Shown one piece after another: positions 33,895-35,994 of a DNA stretch of 35,994 nucleotides. Under the pieces are notes generated by a model that was not told where the DNA came from, did not search any database, and saw only the letters and a program-made list of their open reading frames with translations. Source of the DNA: Octopus bimaculoides (Eukaryota). Every line of letters starts with the position of its first letter. Within the stretch, counting starts at the first letter, position 1. Made by a program: the position numbers and the translations under genes. Location: positions 22,161,398 through 22,197,391 of the forward strand of contig NC_069005.1 of assembly GCF_001194135.2 (NCBI RefSeq), read 5' to 3'.

Positions 33895-33965
33895 GGGTCA
33901 ACGAGCTGGCAGAATCGATGGCACGACCGAGCAAAATGCTTAGCGGCATTTCGTCCGTCTTTATA
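33895..33965 (+). mobile_element. Second family A head immediately downstream (truncated)
   Basis: cgagctggcagaatcgatggcacgaccgagcaaaatgcttagcggcatttcgtccgtcttta, ending in a TATG/TG tract. Confidence 0.85.
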
Positions 33966-34304
33966 CGTATGCATGTTTGTATGTATATGTATATATCTGC
34001 ATATATGTGTGCATAGGCATATACACACAGACGCATATGTATGTATATATACATATGTGTGTGTGTATGTGTGTGCGCATGCATGCATTTGTTTGCGTAT
34101 ACCTGTGTGAGCCTATCCCAATGGAACAGTGCCGTCAGCCCATCATATTCTCCTCACCAACCACTAGCTGGCTACAGTTCATACTGAACATTAACCGCAT
34201 TAACCTCATACTGTTATCTATATCCCATCGTCTAGGTGGGTCTGATTATACTATTGGCACTGCTTCACCTCTTTTCGCTAACATAACGTAAGTACGTATA
34301 ATGC

Positions 34305-34371
34305 GCGCGCGTGTATGTATACATACCTATGCATAGATGTGTATGTATATGTATATATATATGTATATATA

Positions 34372-34437
<66 letters not shown>

Positions 34438-34473
34438 ATGTATGTATATATACACACATATACCTACATAATG

Positions 34474-34504
<31 letters not shown>

Positions 34505-34775
34505 ATGTATGTATAAACATATATATATATATATAGATATATAAGTATACATACATGCATTTATATCTATCTCTCTCTATATATATATTTATCTGTGTGT
34601 GTGTGTGCGTGTGTGTGTGCGAGCGCGCATGTATGTATATATGTATGTATGTCTATGTGTATATATACACATATATATGTAATTGTGAGCAACACACACA
34701 CACACGCACATAAGCACACACATATAAAAGCACACTCACACACATACCTTTATAAATATAGACGCGCACACACAC

Positions 34776-34813
<38 letters not shown>

Positions 34814-34862
34814 TCTCACACACACACACACGTGCACACTTACACATACTTATATGTATATA
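34305..34862. repeat. Compound TA/TATG/TG/CA microsatellite region
   Basis: Direct reading. Confidence 0.92.
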
Positions 34863-35011
34863 AGTGCAGGTACTGATATAAATTAACCTTTGCGGGAGTT
34901 TCGTTTTCTCCTGTATATGTTTTTATACATCTTTCCTCCTTTTTGTCTGGACTAAGTGAGAGTGGAGGTGAAACAAAGGGGGAATTCGCTGAAATATCAT
35001 TAATTATCTTT

Positions 35012-35059
35012 CTTCTTCTTCTTCTTCTTCTTCTGCTGCTGCTACTACTGCTGCTGCTG

Positions 35060-35128
<69 letters not shown>
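35012..35128. repeat. (CTT)n(CTG)n(CTA)n(CTG)n in-phase trinucleotide array
   Basis: Direct reading; every unit is CTN. Confidence 0.95.
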
Positions 35129-35129
<1 letters not shown>

Positions 35130-35197
35130 GTCGTTTTATTGCTTTTTTTTCCTTTCAGCATCTTTACACATAGGCACGTTTTAATAATAATAATAAT

Positions 35198-35425
35198 ACT
35201 CCTTTCTACTAAAGGCACAAGGCCTGGATTTTGTGGGGAGGAGGAGAGTCGATCACATCGACCTCAGTATTCAACTGGCACTCAATTTATCGACCCCGAA
35301 GGGATGAAAGGCAAGGTCTACCTCGGCAGAATTTGAACTCAGAACGTAGCGGCAGACGAAATACCGCGAAGCATTTTACCCGGCGAATTCCCCTTTGTTT
35401 CACCTCATTCTGCCAGCTAGCCGCC

Positions 35426-35427
<2 letters not shown>
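35198..35427 (-). mobile_element. SINE family A flanked by (AAT)n, with a foreign 21-nt patch in its head
   Basis: Reverse full-length copy; positions 35386-35406 replace the usual tgctaacg. Confidence 0.92.
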
Positions 35428-35465
<38 letters not shown>

Positions 35466-35491
35466 TAATAATAATAATAATAATGATGATG

Positions 35492-35679
35492 ATTTCAAAT
35501 TTTGGCAAAAGGCCAGCAATTTAGATAAGTCGATTATATCGACCCAGTAGTCAACTGGTACTTATTTTATAGAACCCGACCGGGTGGAAGGCAATGTCAA
35601 ATCTCAAAACGTAAAGACCGACCAAATGCCGCTAAGCATTTTGCCCGGCTTGCTTACGATTCTGCCAGTTTGCCGCCTT
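35492..35679 (-). mobile_element. SINE family A flanked by (AAT/GAT)n
   Basis: tttcaaattttggcaaaaggccagc...gcttacgattctgccagtttgccgcctt. Confidence 0.88.
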
Positions 35680-35705
35680 AATAATAATAATAATAATAAT
35701 TAATT

Positions 35706-35994
35706 CGTTTTATTGGCCACAAGGGCTAATATCAATTAAAGACATATAAGGACAAAGACAGGACGAAGGTTACAAAAGGTTTTGTCCGAAAAGGTAGGAA
35801 AGTTCGTCTAAACAGAGGAAGAAAACGGAGAAAGATATAATAAATAAATAGATAAATAAATAGATAAATAAATAAGTAGAACTCCCAAAGGGGGAGGCGC
35901 TTCGAAAAAGGAAAGGTTACACGTGGAAAAACCCATAAAACCACGGGAGCCTGGTCAGAAAAAATAAGAAAGGGGTATAGAGCCCTTTCTCCTT
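35706..35994 (-). mobile_element. Probable LINE 3' UTR (L1/Tx1-like), continuing beyond the window
   Basis: The minus strand is T-rich and ends ...agcccttgtggccAATAAAacgaa followed by an (ATT)n tail. No coding sequence is visible, so the clade is inferred. Confidence 0.4.

Noticed and set aside
34112-34287. Candidate exon ending at a GTAAGT donor
   Set aside because: The frame is open but the acceptor is weak (GAG after a TG tract) and the peptide is unrecognisable.
361-35944. Most ORFs in the supplied track (YIYI, CVCV, THTH, MYVC, poly-X)
   Set aside because: They are translations of di- and tetranucleotide microsatellites or N runs and have no protein-like content.

Overview
This is eukaryotic, AT-rich, repeat-dense non-coding DNA with about 4.3 kb of N gaps in 12 blocks, most of them abutting microsatellites. 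The SINE families and the microsatellite load look like a cephalopod, probably an Octopus draft assembly; that is inference from pattern recognition, not a database hit. I found no host protein-coding gene that I can support, and most ORFs in the track are translations of microsatellites or N runs. The window holds about 25 copies or fragments of tRNA-derived SINEs and SINE-like repeats in about 5 families (labelled A-E here). It also holds 3' fragments of a CR1/L2-type LINE, an RTE LINE and a probable L1/Tx1-like LINE. Decayed DNA transposases include Tc1 DD34E, maT DD37D, pogo/Tigger, CACTA/EnSpm and possibly MULE. Highlights: (1) a young 565-bp foldback MITE with perfect 36-bp TIRs, an 8-bp TSD and a perfect internal 72-bp inverted repeat enclosing a telomeric (TAACCC)n array; (2) a Penelope-type minimal hammerhead ribozyme motif; (3) a SINE and a LINE sharing a 3' tail with a covarying hairpin; (4) a SINE family carrying an internal microsatellite; (5) an inverted templated insertion inside a SINE. 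All alignments and translations were done by eye, so boundaries are approximate unless a TSD or TIR is quoted.
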